Of a stretch of DNA of 64,000 bases, positions 15,495-28,256 are shown piece by piece; the first letter of the stretch is position 1, and each line of letters begins with the position of its first letter. This DNA is from the human T2T-CHM13v2.0 reference genome, Homo sapiens. A model generated the notes under the pieces. It did not search any database. It was not told the origin of the DNA and was given only the letters and a program-made list of their open reading frames with translations. A program made the position numbers and the translations under genes. The stretch is from assembly GCF_009914755.1 (NCBI RefSeq), contig NC_060933.1; one strand, 5' to 3'.

Positions 15495-15808
15495 CAGGCA
15501 GTCCCTGACTATGATGGTTCAACTTATGATTTTTCAACTTCACAATCACATGAAAGTGATATGAATTCAGTAGTATCTCATTAAATTACATGAATTACAT
15601 GACTCAACACTTTATTATAATATTGGCTTCATGGTAGGTTATTTTGCCCACTGTAGGCTAATGTGAGTGTTCTAAGCATGTTTCTGGTAGGCTAGGCCAA
15701 ACAATGTTTGGTAGCTCAGATGTATTCAATGCATTTTGACTTATCATACATTCAAATTACAAAGGGTTTGTTTTGGACGTAACCCCATCGTACGTGAAGA
15801 CACATTTG
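15495..15808 (-). mobile_element. MER47A-like (TcMar-Tigger) DNA transposon
   Basis: CAGGCAGTCCCTGACTATGATGGTTCAACTTATG...AACCCCATCGTACGTGAAGACACATTTG matches the recalled MER47A termini. Confidence 0.75.
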
Positions 15809-16794
15809 TATTTATAGTATTTGCAAAACCTTTTTTAAGGTTTTTGTCTGCTAATTCCAGCATCTCTTGTTTTCGAGTCTATCATTGATTTTTCTCCAGG
15901 TTATTTGTCATGCATTTCTGCCTCCTTGCATACCTGATAATTTGTATTGGAAGCCAGCCAATGTGAATTTTATGTTGTTCAGTGTTGGATTTGAATGTGT
16001 TAATTTAAAGAGTTGGTATTTTTTCTGGCAGTCAGTTAAGATACTTGTAGATCAGTTTGATACTTTTGAGGTTTCCTCTTAAGCTTTATTAACATGAGTG
16101 TTGAGCAAGCTTTATTGTAGGACTAATTTAGTCCCCTCTTTCTCACTAAGTAATGACTCACTTTTGAATGACTCCATCATATGCCTCAAATATTGTGAGA
16201 CTCTTCATTCTGGCTGGTGGGTATGTTAACTATGCTAGGCATGTGAGATCCCAAAATATCTTGTTTGTTTTTATGTAGGGAGAGCAAAAGTTTTACGATT
16301 AAAATAGAAGGGCTGATGTTTTTGACTATGTGCTGATCCTTGAATTTAAAAAATTGTTTCTATGTAATATTTGAAGGCTAGGATGATAATATTTTTCTGC
16401 AAAGGGAATTTCACATTCTTCTGCTAGGAACCTGGGGGTATTGTCATTCTGAGACCAAGTTCAATGTTTGAGGTTCTATGGATTATCAGATTTAGAAATA
16501 TGGACTATTTATATCTGATTTACCTTTGATTTATTTTTACCTTTTGAAATCTGGGCTTATTATTTGTGTGTAAAGGTGATTTTCAGACTGTCTGACTTCA
16601 TTGGGCTTTGACTTTTATGTCCAATTTTTATGAAGCTACCAAAAACGGAATTTCAGATTTGTAGTTCTTCTTGATTGGCAAAGAAGAGAGACACTTGAAT
16701 GCTAATATCTTCACTCAGGTATTTCTGGTGCTACAGCTGCTGGTACAGTGTGTAGAACCACCACCATAAGCCTTTTGTCACTTAATACATTTAA

Positions 16795-17982
16795 AAATAG
16801 ACTTTATTTTTAAGAGCAGTTTTAGGCTCCCAGCAAAACACAGAGAAAATATGGAGAATTCCCATATACCCACCTATACAACTCACCTGCTCTCAGCATC
16901 TTGTACAAGTGTGCTACTTTTGTCACAGTGAATAAACACATTGACACATCATTATCACCCAAAGTTGATCGTTTACATTTGGGATTCACTCTTAGCGTTG
17001 TTCATTCTGAGTTTTGATAAACATGTAATCACAGGTATCCACTATTAAAGTATATGGAAAGTTTCATTGACTTAAAAATCCTCTGCGCTCAACCTATTCA
17101 TCTCTCCCTGTCCTCTAACTCCTGGAAACCACTGAATTTTTTACTGTCTCCATGGTTTAAACTTTTCCAATATGCCATATAGTTAGAATCATACAGTATG
17201 AAACCTTTATACATTGGCATTTTTAACTTAGATGTATGCATTTATTTCCTCCATGTATTTCATGGCTTGGTAGCATACTTTTTAAAGAAACAATAAATAA
17301 GATCCCATTTTCTGGATGCACACATTTTATTATGCATTAACTTACTGAAAGACATCTTGGTTGCTTCCAAGTTGTGGCAAATATGAGTAAAGCCATATAA
17401 ACATCCATGAGTAGATTTTTTTGGAGCTATACTTTTCAACTTATTTAAATAAATACCAATAAGTATAATTACTTATTTGCTACAAATATGTTTAATTTTG
17501 TAATAAACTGCCAGACTATCTTTGTAAGTGATTGTACCATTTTTGCTTTCCCATCAGCAATGAATAAGAATTCCTGTTGCTTCACATCCTCACCAGTACT
17601 TAGTGTTGTCAAAGTTCTGGATCTTGACCATTCTAATATTCATAGGTATATAGTGGTATCTCATTGTTGTTTTAGTTTGCAATCCCCTAATGCCATATGA
17701 TGTTTAATATCTTTTCATATCATGACTTGATGTCTGTATATCTTCTTTGATTATACCTACACCTGTTGCTATTATTATTTTGAACCAACTATTATTTATT
17801 AGATCAATTGAAAACAGGAAAAAATATTTTATTTTACCTTTGCTTATTTCTTCTCTAATATTCATCCTTCGGATATGAACTTCACATAGATCTGACTTTA
17901 TAACCTATATCATTTTCTTTCTCTCTGACACAATTCTTTTTAACATTTCTTGCAAGATAGGTCAACAAATTTCCTGATTTTT
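16795..17982 (-). mobile_element. L1MC, left half (3' end plus ORF1-region piece); continues at 30801
   Basis: L1MC 3' end TTTTTAAGAGCAGTTTTAGGCTCCCAGCAAAA. Ends in TTCTTGCAAGATAGGTCAACAAATTTCCTGATTTTT. Confidence 0.8.
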
Positions 17983-17989
17983 AAAAAGA

Positions 17990-18135
17990 GTTTTCCATTT
18001 ATTTCTTGTGGTAAAATCCACATGACATAAAATTTACTGTCTTAAATTTTTAAGTGTACTTAAAATGATACTGATGGTAATTATGTTCACATTGTTGGGC
18101 AACCATCACCACCACTTACCTCCAGAATTCTTTTA
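17990..18135 (-). mobile_element. Short L1MB-like 3' end
   Basis: TGTGGTAAAATCCACATGACATAAAATTTAC...CACATTGTTGGGCAACCATCACCACC. Confidence 0.7.
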
Positions 18136-18241
18136 AACAAAATATTTTTGCAAACACAAATATGAAATGGGGACCAACATTTATCTTCAAAACATTGAGA
18201 CCTGGTATAGGATACAACCTCCACTGAGACTGGCTTATGCA

Positions 18242-18366
18242 GCTCTTGGATGATGTTGGAGGTTGTTAAATGGTCTTCTAATATGGATAGAAAACAGTTT
18301 TAGCAGGCTCTTGCATGATGTTGGAGGTTGTTAAATTCTAATATGGATGAAAAACAGTCTTAGCAG
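18242..18366. repeat. Two-copy tandem duplication (65 + 60 bp)
   Basis: GCTCTTG(G/C)ATGATGTTGGAGGTTGTTAAA[TGGTC]TTCTAATATGGAT..AAAACAGT(T/C)TTAGCAG occurs twice, head to tail. Confidence 0.9.
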
Positions 18367-18436
18367 AAGAATGATCTCATTCCTGGTGCTGTTTCTCAAA
18401 GAGAGGAATTCAGATGTGAATTCCTGAGGCTAGGTA

Positions 18437-18740
18437 GTTTATTCTAAATATAAATTTATTGGCTTATGGCTCGGGAGACTGTGAAGTCCAAGATTGAGGG
18501 GCCACCATTTTGTGAGGTCCTTCTTGCTGTGTCATAACATAGTGGAAGGGCAAAGAGAGGGCAAGAGGGGGGCAAACCCATTATCTTGATAATGAATCCA
18601 CTCTTGTGTTAGTCCATTCACAAGGACAGAGTCCTCATGACTTAAACACATCTTAAAGATTCCATCTCCCAATACCACAACCAATGGCAATTAAATTTCA
18701 ACATGAATTTTGGACATGATATACATTTAAACCATAACAT
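18437..18740 (-). mobile_element. MaLR LTR fragment (MLT1A/MST-like)
   Basis: GAAGTCCAAGATTGAGGGGCC...AAATTTCAACATGAATTTTGG...AAACCATAACA. Confidence 0.7.
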
Positions 18741-18917
18741 ATACCACAAAGGTGAGCCCCTGAAATAAAAGTGGAGAGGAGACCATCAGCCTATCTCTTC
18801 TCTTTGAGGAGACGAGGAATCTCCTAAGAGGAATCTCAGTTGGGGGTTTAAAGGTGGTCTATGCCTTGTGAAGATAAGAAGAGAGCTAGAGAGAAACTTG
18901 GACAGATAACCTCAATG

Positions 18918-19120
18918 CAGGGCCACAAAACATGCATACCCTGCACAAAAGTGCCCGGGTTGTGAACATGAATTGGAGATGAAATTGTACCCTAGAACCA
19001 TGCACTCTGGCTTGGGTGTGATTCATTCTGGAGAAAGAAGCATAGCAACTTTTGGAAACTGATGTGCCTAGAAGGGGCACCTCTTTGTAATTTGTTAGCC
19101 CGGAGGCCACATATGCTTAC
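18918..19120 (+). mobile_element. MER91A-like (hAT-Tip100) relic
   Basis: CTGCACAAAAGTGCCCGG, ACCATGCACTCTGGC and GAAGGGGCACCTCTTTGTAATTTG match recalled MER91A blocks in order. Confidence 0.55.
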
Positions 19121-20539
19121 ATGAGGAAACCTCTTTTTCAATGCAAAGAGCCACTCATAAGCAAGCAACAGTAGTTCCAACTATTAAAATGAAGATTTCA
19201 TAGCTTTAAAGTGAAAATAACCTAAAGCAATGATTCACAATTACACTCCGCGTTTTCCTCCCTTTGTTACCCTGCGGTATTCAGTAAAGACCCTTTATAC
19301 ATGACAACATTGTCTCCATTACAGCATGCGCTATCTATTCTTAGATTAATGTGTTAAAGTGATATCAGCACCCATTTCTCCAAAAGATAAACTTGGTAGC
19401 TAGCAGCTGTAATCAGCAAAAATCCACCAAGAAATTGTGCCCTTGGAATTGTCTATAAACCACCTGATCCAGTCACATTCCTGGAACTAAACTGGAAGGT
19501 GTGGGCAAAATGGTGAGCAGATGAAGTATGTGTAGTTTTAGAAGGGAATTGTTTACAGCAGCTCAAAGAGAACTTCCAGAGGAAGATAAAAATATCTCAA
19601 CAGAAAAGAAAATTTGAATATCATGAAAAACCTAAGAAAACTCTAAAACTCTTTCCAGACAGCTCTTTTGACTGAAAAAATATGAATATGTTTTGTAATT
19701 ATTGCAGAAGTCTATGTCATAAAGCTACATAAAATTAAATCATGATTTATCTTACAAAATCTTAATGTTAACTCTAACCTCTTTAAAGGAAGACTTTCTT
19801 TGTTTTACCTAAAATATTAAAAAATTACTGATAAAGAAAATGATAATCTGCATGGTATACAAGTATCACTGACCCCCCCCCACAAATAAAACAGAAAATG
19901 AAAAATTCCCAAGCATTTTAATAGATACAGTGCAAAACCAAATTTTCTATATCTTCAAATATTACTAACTTTACAGGATTAGTTATTATAATTTGAGTGG
20001 ATGCTAATACATAAAGAGTCTGATTTCTACCACCAAATATTTTAATGAAGTTGTTGATATAATTTTCAAATAAGGAGTTTTATTATTTCCTATTGCTACC
20101 TACTCAACCTTTTGAGAGAAATATTTTCTCATTGTTTATTTGATTAATATTACTGGCTAGTGAAAATTTACAACATTTTAACCATAGTTTCCCTGATGTG
20201 GGTGAAGACATAGCCCTATAGAAAGGGTAGCAAGAACACATGTATTTTGACACAAATTCTGTAAGAGAATTTTACAAGGGTAGGACTATTAATATATCTT
20301 TAGCAACTTTATTAGTTTTGAAGTGCTAAAATCATGGATGTAGAGAACTATATGAGCAAATAAAAATTTGTTCAAAAGAAATTTTGTTAAAATTCAGAAT
20401 TATAAAGTATTGCACTAACTTACTAATATCCCTACAATGTGATCTTCCTTTCACCTCACAAATGATATTTGTGATGAAAAGTTTGGTAGTGATAAGAATT
20501 ATAAAGTAAAGGTAAGAAAGGCTAATGAGATAGATAAAT

Positions 20540-20700
20540 ACATGCAGGGGTAGTTTTTAGGTGGTCAGGGAAGTAAGTAGTAAGTTGCCTGTGAGAGCTA
20601 AAATATGATGGGGAAGGCTCAAGTCATGATGTGTACAAGAGCATTCCAGGCAGAGAACCTGCAAGTGCAGTGTCTGAAGCTAAAATATGAAGATATTCTT
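20540..20700 (-). mobile_element. L2 fragment
   Basis: GGTGGTCAGGGAAG...AAGAGCATTCCAGGCAGAG. Confidence 0.55.
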
Positions 20701-20959
20701 CAGGAGTTTTTTGATTAGGGAAAGATTGAAAGATTTGACAAAAATGAAAAAGTCCATTTGTTATTCTCCATCAACAGAAAAAATATGCATTTTTATATTT
20801 CTAGTTTAATAAAATGTCTTCATCAAAACTAAAACCAAAATAAACTAGGAATTTTCCCATATATGTAGAATGAGAATTTAGGCTATTCACATTTGTTTCT
20901 AAGAGATATTTACCCTATAGTGAGAGCAATGATTAACAACATTATTTCCAATTAATTAA

Positions 20960-21150
20960 AATAAGTTTTGGAAACATTCTACATATTACATTATATTCCA
21001 ACAGCCCAACAGGCTAGTATTATCTTCATTCATAGATTAGGAAAACTGAGTCTCAGAAAAAAATCCATAACTTGTTTAAGATCAGATGATCAAAAACATT
21101 AAAATCTAGTCCTGAACCTGAGTCTTCTGACTCAAAATCCAGGAACTTTG
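20960..21150 (-). mobile_element. MIR
   Basis: TATTATCTTCATTCATAGATTAGGAAAACTGAGTCTCAGA...TCTTCTGACTCAAAATCC. Confidence 0.7.
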
Positions 21151-23915
21151 TCATCTGATGAAACTAACACTGAAACACTACTGAAAGTAGTTTAGTCTAC
21201 CTTTAATGTTTCAGATATCCCTAGAAAGATCATATATGGATACTTCAGAATGTCACACTTTGTAAAGCATAGTGGCAAGGTTTCTGCATCTTAAAGAAGG
21301 TGGTTGGGAATATGTCATTATCTGCTAAGTATTTCTCATCTATTTATTTAACAAATATTTTCCTTTTTTGGCAAATATAAATTATACATATTTAAGGTGT
21401 ACAACATGATGTTTGGATATACATACACATTGTGAAATGACTACCACTATCACACAAATTCACATATATTCATCATCTCACATAGTTACTGTGTATGTGT
21501 GTATGTGTTCAGTGAGAATACTTAAAATTTACTCTCAGCAAATTTTGAGTATACAATATATCATTATTAACTAGAGTCACCATGATGTACATTATATCCC
21601 TAGAATTTACTCATCCTTTGTAATTGAAACTTTGAATTCTTTGAACAAACAACATATGTGTTTCCCACACCTCCAAGACCCTGGCAATCACCATTATAGT
21701 CTCTGCTTTTACAGATTTGAGTTTTTGAGATTTCATGTAAAAGAACATACAGTATTCCTGTTTCTGTGTGTGGCTAATTTACTTAGCATAATACCTTCCA
21801 AACAAAATTATGAATATTGTGTTGAATGGCAGGATTTCCTTCTTTTTAAAGATTGAATAATGTTCTAGCCTCTGTGTTTCTGTTTGTGTATTTATGTATG
21901 TATGCGTGTGTGTATGTATATATGTAAATGTATTTATTATATTTTCTTTATCAATTCATCAGGCAATAAAAACTTAGGTTGTTTCTATGTCTTGGTTATT
22001 GTGAATAACATGACAATGAGCATAGAAATGCATGTATCTCTTTGAGGTCTTGATTTCATTTCCTTTAGCTGTATAACCAGAAGTGAAATCACTGGATCAT
22101 ATTGTAGTTCTATCTTTAATTTTCTGAGAAACTTCAACACTGTTTTCCAAAATGGCTATACTGATTTACATTCCTACCAACAATGTACAAGAATTCACTC
22201 TTCTGCACATCCTTGCCAGTACTTGTTCTCTTTTCTATTTCTGGTAATAGCCGTTCTAACAGATATGCAGTGATATTTTATTGTGTTTTTGATTTGCATT
22301 TTCCTGGTGGTTAGTGATGTTGAGTACCTTCTCATCTACCTGTTGGCCATTTGTATATCTTCTTTTGAGGAATGTCTCTACAATTTCTTCTGCTCATTTT
22401 AACATCAGGTCATTTGTTTTCTTGCTATTAAGTTGTTTGGGTTCTTTATATATTTTAAATATAAATATTAACCCCTTATCAGATATATGGTTTGCAAATA
22501 TATTCTCCCATTCCATAGGTTCTCTTTACTCTGTGGATTGTTTCCTTTGTTGTACAGAATCTTTTTAGTTTGATGCACTCCCTTGGTCTATTTTGTTTTT
22601 GTTGCCTGTGCTTTTGGGATCATATTCAAAAACTCGTTGCTCAGACCAACGTCAGGAAGCTTTTACCTTATGTTTTCTTCTAGTAGTTTTACAGTTTCAC
22701 GTCTTACATTTAAGCGTTTAGTCCATTTTGAATTTATTTTTGTATATGCTGTGAGATAAGCATCTAATTTTATTCTTTTGCTTGTGGATATCCAGTTTTC
22801 TCCACATAATATATTGAAGAGACTGTCCTCTTTCCCCTTTGTGTGTTCTTGCCATTTTTATCAAAGTTCAATTGGCCTTAAAAGTGTGGATTTATTTCTG
22901 GGCTTTCTGTTTTGTTTCATAAGTTTATGTGTCTGTTTTTATGCCAGTGCCATACTGTTTGGATTATAATAACATTATATTATATTTTGAAATCAGGTAG
23001 ATTAATGCTTTCAGTTATTTTTCTCAAAATTGTTTTGGGTATTCAAAGTCTTTTATGGTTTCATATGGATTTTAGGATATTTCTATTTCCATAAAAATGT
23101 CATTAGAATTTTATAGAAATTACATTGAATCTGAAGAAGGTCATATAGATATTTTAACAATATTAATTTTCCAATCTATGAACACAGGATTTTTTTCATG
23201 TGTTTGGGTCTCTTAAAGTTTTCTTCATCAATATTTTATAGCTTTCAGTGTACAAAGCTTTTACCTCCTTGTTTAAATTCATTTCAAAATATTTTTGATG
23301 CTGTATCATTTTATTTTTTATTTCTTAATTTTTTATTTTTAATTTTGGTAGGTATGTAGTAGGTATATAAATTCATGATGTACATGAGATATTTTGATAC
23401 AGGCATACAATTCATAATAATCACATAAAGGTGAATGAGGTATCCATCATCTGAAGCATGTATCCTTTCTATGTGTTACAAATACTCTAATAAAACTCTT
23501 TTAGTTATTTTAATGTGCACAATAAATTACTGTTCACTGTAGTCATCCTGTTGTGTTATCAAATACTAGATTTTATTCATTCAATGTAACTATGTTTTTG
23601 TATCCATTAGCCAACCCTGTGTCCATCCCTCCAGCCCAACTACCCTTCCCGACCTCTGGTAACCATCATTCTACTTTCTCTGTCCATGGGTTCAATTGTT
23701 TTATTTTTTAGCTCCCACAAATAAAGGAGAACACGTGAAGTTTGTCTTTCTGTGCCTGGCTTATTTCATTTAACATAGTGTCCTGCATCTATTATGTTGC
23801 AAATGACAGAATCTCATTCTTTTTTTATAAGTGAATAGTACTCCATTAAATATGTACCATATTTTCTTTATCCATTCATCTATTGATAGACACTTAGGTT
23901 GTTTTCAAATCTTGG

Positions 23916-24266
23916 TGATACGGTTTGGCTGTGTCTCCACCCAAATTTCATCTTTAATTGTAGCTCCCATAATTTCCATATGTCGTGGGAGGTAATTTAA
24001 TCATGGGGTGGGGCTTTCCTCTGCTGTTCTCATGATAGTGAATAAGTCTCACAAGATCTGATGATTTTGTAAAGGTGAGTTCCCCTACACAAGCTCTCTT
24101 GCCTGCTGCCATGTAAGATGTGCCTTTTCTCCTCATATGCCTTCCACCATGATTGTGAGGCCTCCCCAGCCATGTGGAACTGTGAGTCCAATAAACCTCT
24201 TTTTCTTTAATAAATTACCCAGTTTTGAGTATATCTTTATTAGCAGTGTGAGAACAGACTAATACT
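23916..24266 (+). mobile_element. THE1/MSTA solo LTR
   Basis: TGATACGGTTTGGCTGTGTC...CAGACTAATACT. TSD CTTGG/ATTGG. Confidence 0.9.
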
Positions 24267-24701
24267 ATTGGCTATTGTGAATAATGCTAGAGTAAACATG
24301 TGAGTGCAGACATTACTTCAATATAGTGATTTCCTTTCTTGTAGGCATATAGTTGGTAGTGGGATTGCTGGATCATATGGTACTTCTATTTTCAGTTTTT
24401 TTGATGAACCTCCAAACTGTTCTCCATAGCAGTTATATTAATTTACATTCCCACCAACAGAGGACCAGAGTTCCTTTTCCTCCACATCCTTGTTAGCATT
24501 TGTTATTGTCTGTCTTTTGTATAAAAGCCATTTTAACTGGGGTGAGATGATATGTATTGTAGTTTTGATCTACATTTGTTTGATGGTCAGTAATCTTGAG
24601 CACCTTTCCAAATACGTGTTTGCCGTTTGTCTTTTTTTGAGAAATGGCAGACCTTTTGCTCATCATTTTATTAGATTTTTTTTTGCTGTTGAGTTGTTTG
24701 A

Positions 24702-25067
<366 letters not shown>

Positions 25068-26317
25068 CAATATTTTTTCTTATTCTTTCGGCTGTCTCTT
25101 CACTTTGTTGATTGTTTCCTTTGCTGTACGGAAGCTTTTTAGGTTGATGTGATCCCGTTTGTCCATTTTTCCTTTGGTTGCCTGTGTTTGTGGGATATTA
25201 ATCGAGAAATCATTCCACAGACCAATGTCCTGGAGAGTTTCCCCAATGTCTTCTTTTAGTAGTTTCAAGTTTGAGGTCTTAGATTTAAGTCTTTAATCTA
25301 TTTTGATTTGATGTTTGTATATAGCAAGAGAGAGAGAGGGAAATAGGAGTCTAGTTTTATTCTTCTGCATATGGATATCATTTTTTCCTTGCCTATACAT
25401 AGGCAAGAAAAAAATACGTATATTTGTTGTTTGTTTTTTGATTTGAGGTTACCACAAATCTTGCAAGTATCTTGTAATCCATTATTTTAAAGTGATGACA
25501 ATTTAATACAGATATCATAAACAGACTAGTAAGGGAAAAGAAAACTAATAAAAACTCTACACTTTAATGCTATTTTAGATTGACAAGTTTTCTTAATTTC
25601 TTTTTCAGAAACTTCATCGTTAGTGTATAGAAATACACTGATTTTTATACATTGATTCTGTATCCTGCAATTTTACTGAATTATTTTTTAGTTCTAACAG
25701 TTTTTTTGGTCGAGTCTTTAGCTTATCTTAATATATAAGATCATGTGATCTGCAAACAGAGAAAATTTTACTTCTTCCTTTTTTATTTGGATGCCTTTTA
25801 ACTATTTCTTGACTAATTGCTCTGGCTGGCCATTCCAGTACTATGTTAAATAGAAGTGGTGAAAGTGGGTATCCTTGTCTTGTTCATGATTTTAGGGAAA
25901 AAGCTTTCAGCCCTTCATCATTGAGTATTATGTTAACTGTTGGCATGTCATATTTGGTCTTTTTTATATTGAGATAAAACACTTGTATACTGATTTGTTG
26001 AGCATTTTTTTTTTATCATGAAATGATGTTGAATTTTTAAACATGCTTTTTCTGCATTTATTATAATGTCTTATGCATTTTACCCTTTATTCTGTTAACA
26101 TGGTGTATCATGTTTATAGATTTGCATATTTATAAACCATTCTTTTACCTCAGGGATAAGTCCCACTTGATCGTGTCATATAAACTTGAATGGGCTGCTG
26201 GATTCAGTTTGCTAGTATTTTGTTGAAGACTTTTAAATCTGTGTTCCTCAGGGATTGGCCTATACTTTTCTTTTCTTGTAGTGTCCTTGTCTGGCTTTGG
26301 TATCAAGGTAATGCTGG

Positions 26318-26745
26318 TATATTAGTCAGGGTTCTCTAGAGGGACAGAACTAATAGGATATATATAAGTTTATTAAGGAACTCACATGATCACAAGGTCT
26401 CACAATAGGCCATTTGCAAGCTGGGGAGAAGGAAGCCAGTTTGAGTTTCAAAACTGAAGAACTCGGAGTTTGATGTTTGAGGGCAGGAAGCATCCAGCAT
26501 GGGAGAAAAATGTAGGCTGGGAGGCTAAGCCAGTCTAGCCTTTTCATGTTTTTCTGCCTCCTTTATATCCTGGCCACACTGGCAGCTGATTAGATGGTAC
26601 CCACCCAGATTAAGGGTGGGTCTGCCTTTCCCAGCCCACTAACTCAAATGTTGATTATTTTGGCAACACCCTCAGAGAAACAGCCAGGATCAATACTTTG
26701 CATCCTTCAGTCCAATCGAGTTGACACTCAGTATTAACCATCACA
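26318..26745 (-). mobile_element. MLT2A (HERV-L) solo LTR
   Basis: TATTAGTCAGGGTTCTCTAGAGGGACAGAACTAATAGG...ATTAACCATCACA. Perfect TSD GCTGG at 26313-17 and 26746-50. Confidence 0.92.
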
Positions 26746-28256
26746 GCTGGTTTCATAAAATGAGCCTTGAAGTATTTCATCCTCTTCAAAGAGACTGAGA
26801 AGGAATGGTATTAACTCTTCTTTAAATATTTGGTGGAATTTGACAGTTATCGTATTGCTGCCTATTGCTCATTTCAATTCTGTTTATTTTTGCTTTATAT
26901 ATATATGTTCCAATGTTGAGTCCCTATATATTTACAACTGTTAGATCCTCCTGATGAATTTACACTCTTTATCATGACCTTTTGTGACCTTTTGTCTTGT
27001 GAAATGTTTTGACCCAGTCTATTGTGTGTTATATAAGTTTAGCCTCCCCTGCTCTCTTTCATTTGTATGAGATATCTCTTTCCATCCCTTTATTTTTAGC
27101 CTATGTGTCTTTTTACAGGTAAAGTGAGTCTCTTGTTGGCAACAGATAGTTGTGCCTTCTTTTAAAAATTCATTTAGCTACTCTATGTCTTTTGATTGGA
27201 TAATTTAATCTATTTATATTTAAAATGATTATTAATTGATCAGAACCTACTATTGCCACTACAACTGTTTTCTTACCATTTTATAATTTCTCTGTTTCTT
27301 TCTTTGTTTCTTGCTATCTTCTCTGGTGATTTGATAATTTTTTATTAGCATGGTTTTATTCCTGTTTTACGTATCCACTAGAGTTTTTTTTATTATAAGG
27401 TTTACATAAGACATTTTGTAATTATAACAGTTTATTATAAGCTAGTCACAATTTAACTGTAATGAAATACAAAAGCTCTACCCTTTTACTTCTCCTGTCT
27501 TTCATGTTTTATGTTATTGATATCATAATTTACATCATTTCATAGTTTGCATTCATAAAGAAATTATTGCAGCGATAGTTTTTAAAAACAGTTTTCTTTT
27601 TTATCTTTTATATCTCCTATTTTCTTTTTTGTCTCTCGGACATTTGCCATAGATGAACCCATTTCACTCTTTTTGTTCCCTCTTTTGGAGGAAGTCTTAT
27701 GATTCTGCACCTTTTCTTGATCCCACAAAGCCAGGCCAGGTGCTGAGAGGCTCTCATTTATTTTCCATAGTGCAATCCCAAGTGTTGAAGGTTAAGCACT
27801 TATACCAATCCAGCAGAGTTGAGTCAGCTGTCTGTGTGTGCTCAAGCATGACATGCACTGTTTCACATGTTGTCCATGAAGACATACACAGTGTGTTGAC
27901 TATAGGAGAGAAGGGGAGGATGTGACTGGAACAGGAGATATACTTAGGCTTGTTGGGGGAGACCTCAGGTGGTGTGTTCTATGAGGACTGTGGGCAAGTG
28001 TCTTGGTAGAGTCCACAATTAGCTAATAAAAAACTCAGGCCTTTGTTAAGATCCACACCCTGATTGTTTTGAGTCTTTGTCCCTTTTCCTGCTACTAACT
28101 GTCCCAGAGTATTCAGTCATTATGATCTCCTCAGTCTTCAGAGTGGGTCAAGCAAGAAGTGAACCTTTTGGGTACTGTTGCTCATGGTTGAGGAAGGCAA
28201 GTGAGTCCTCACCATGCTCTCACTTTCTTCTGTGGGAAAAATGGGCCAACGAATTC

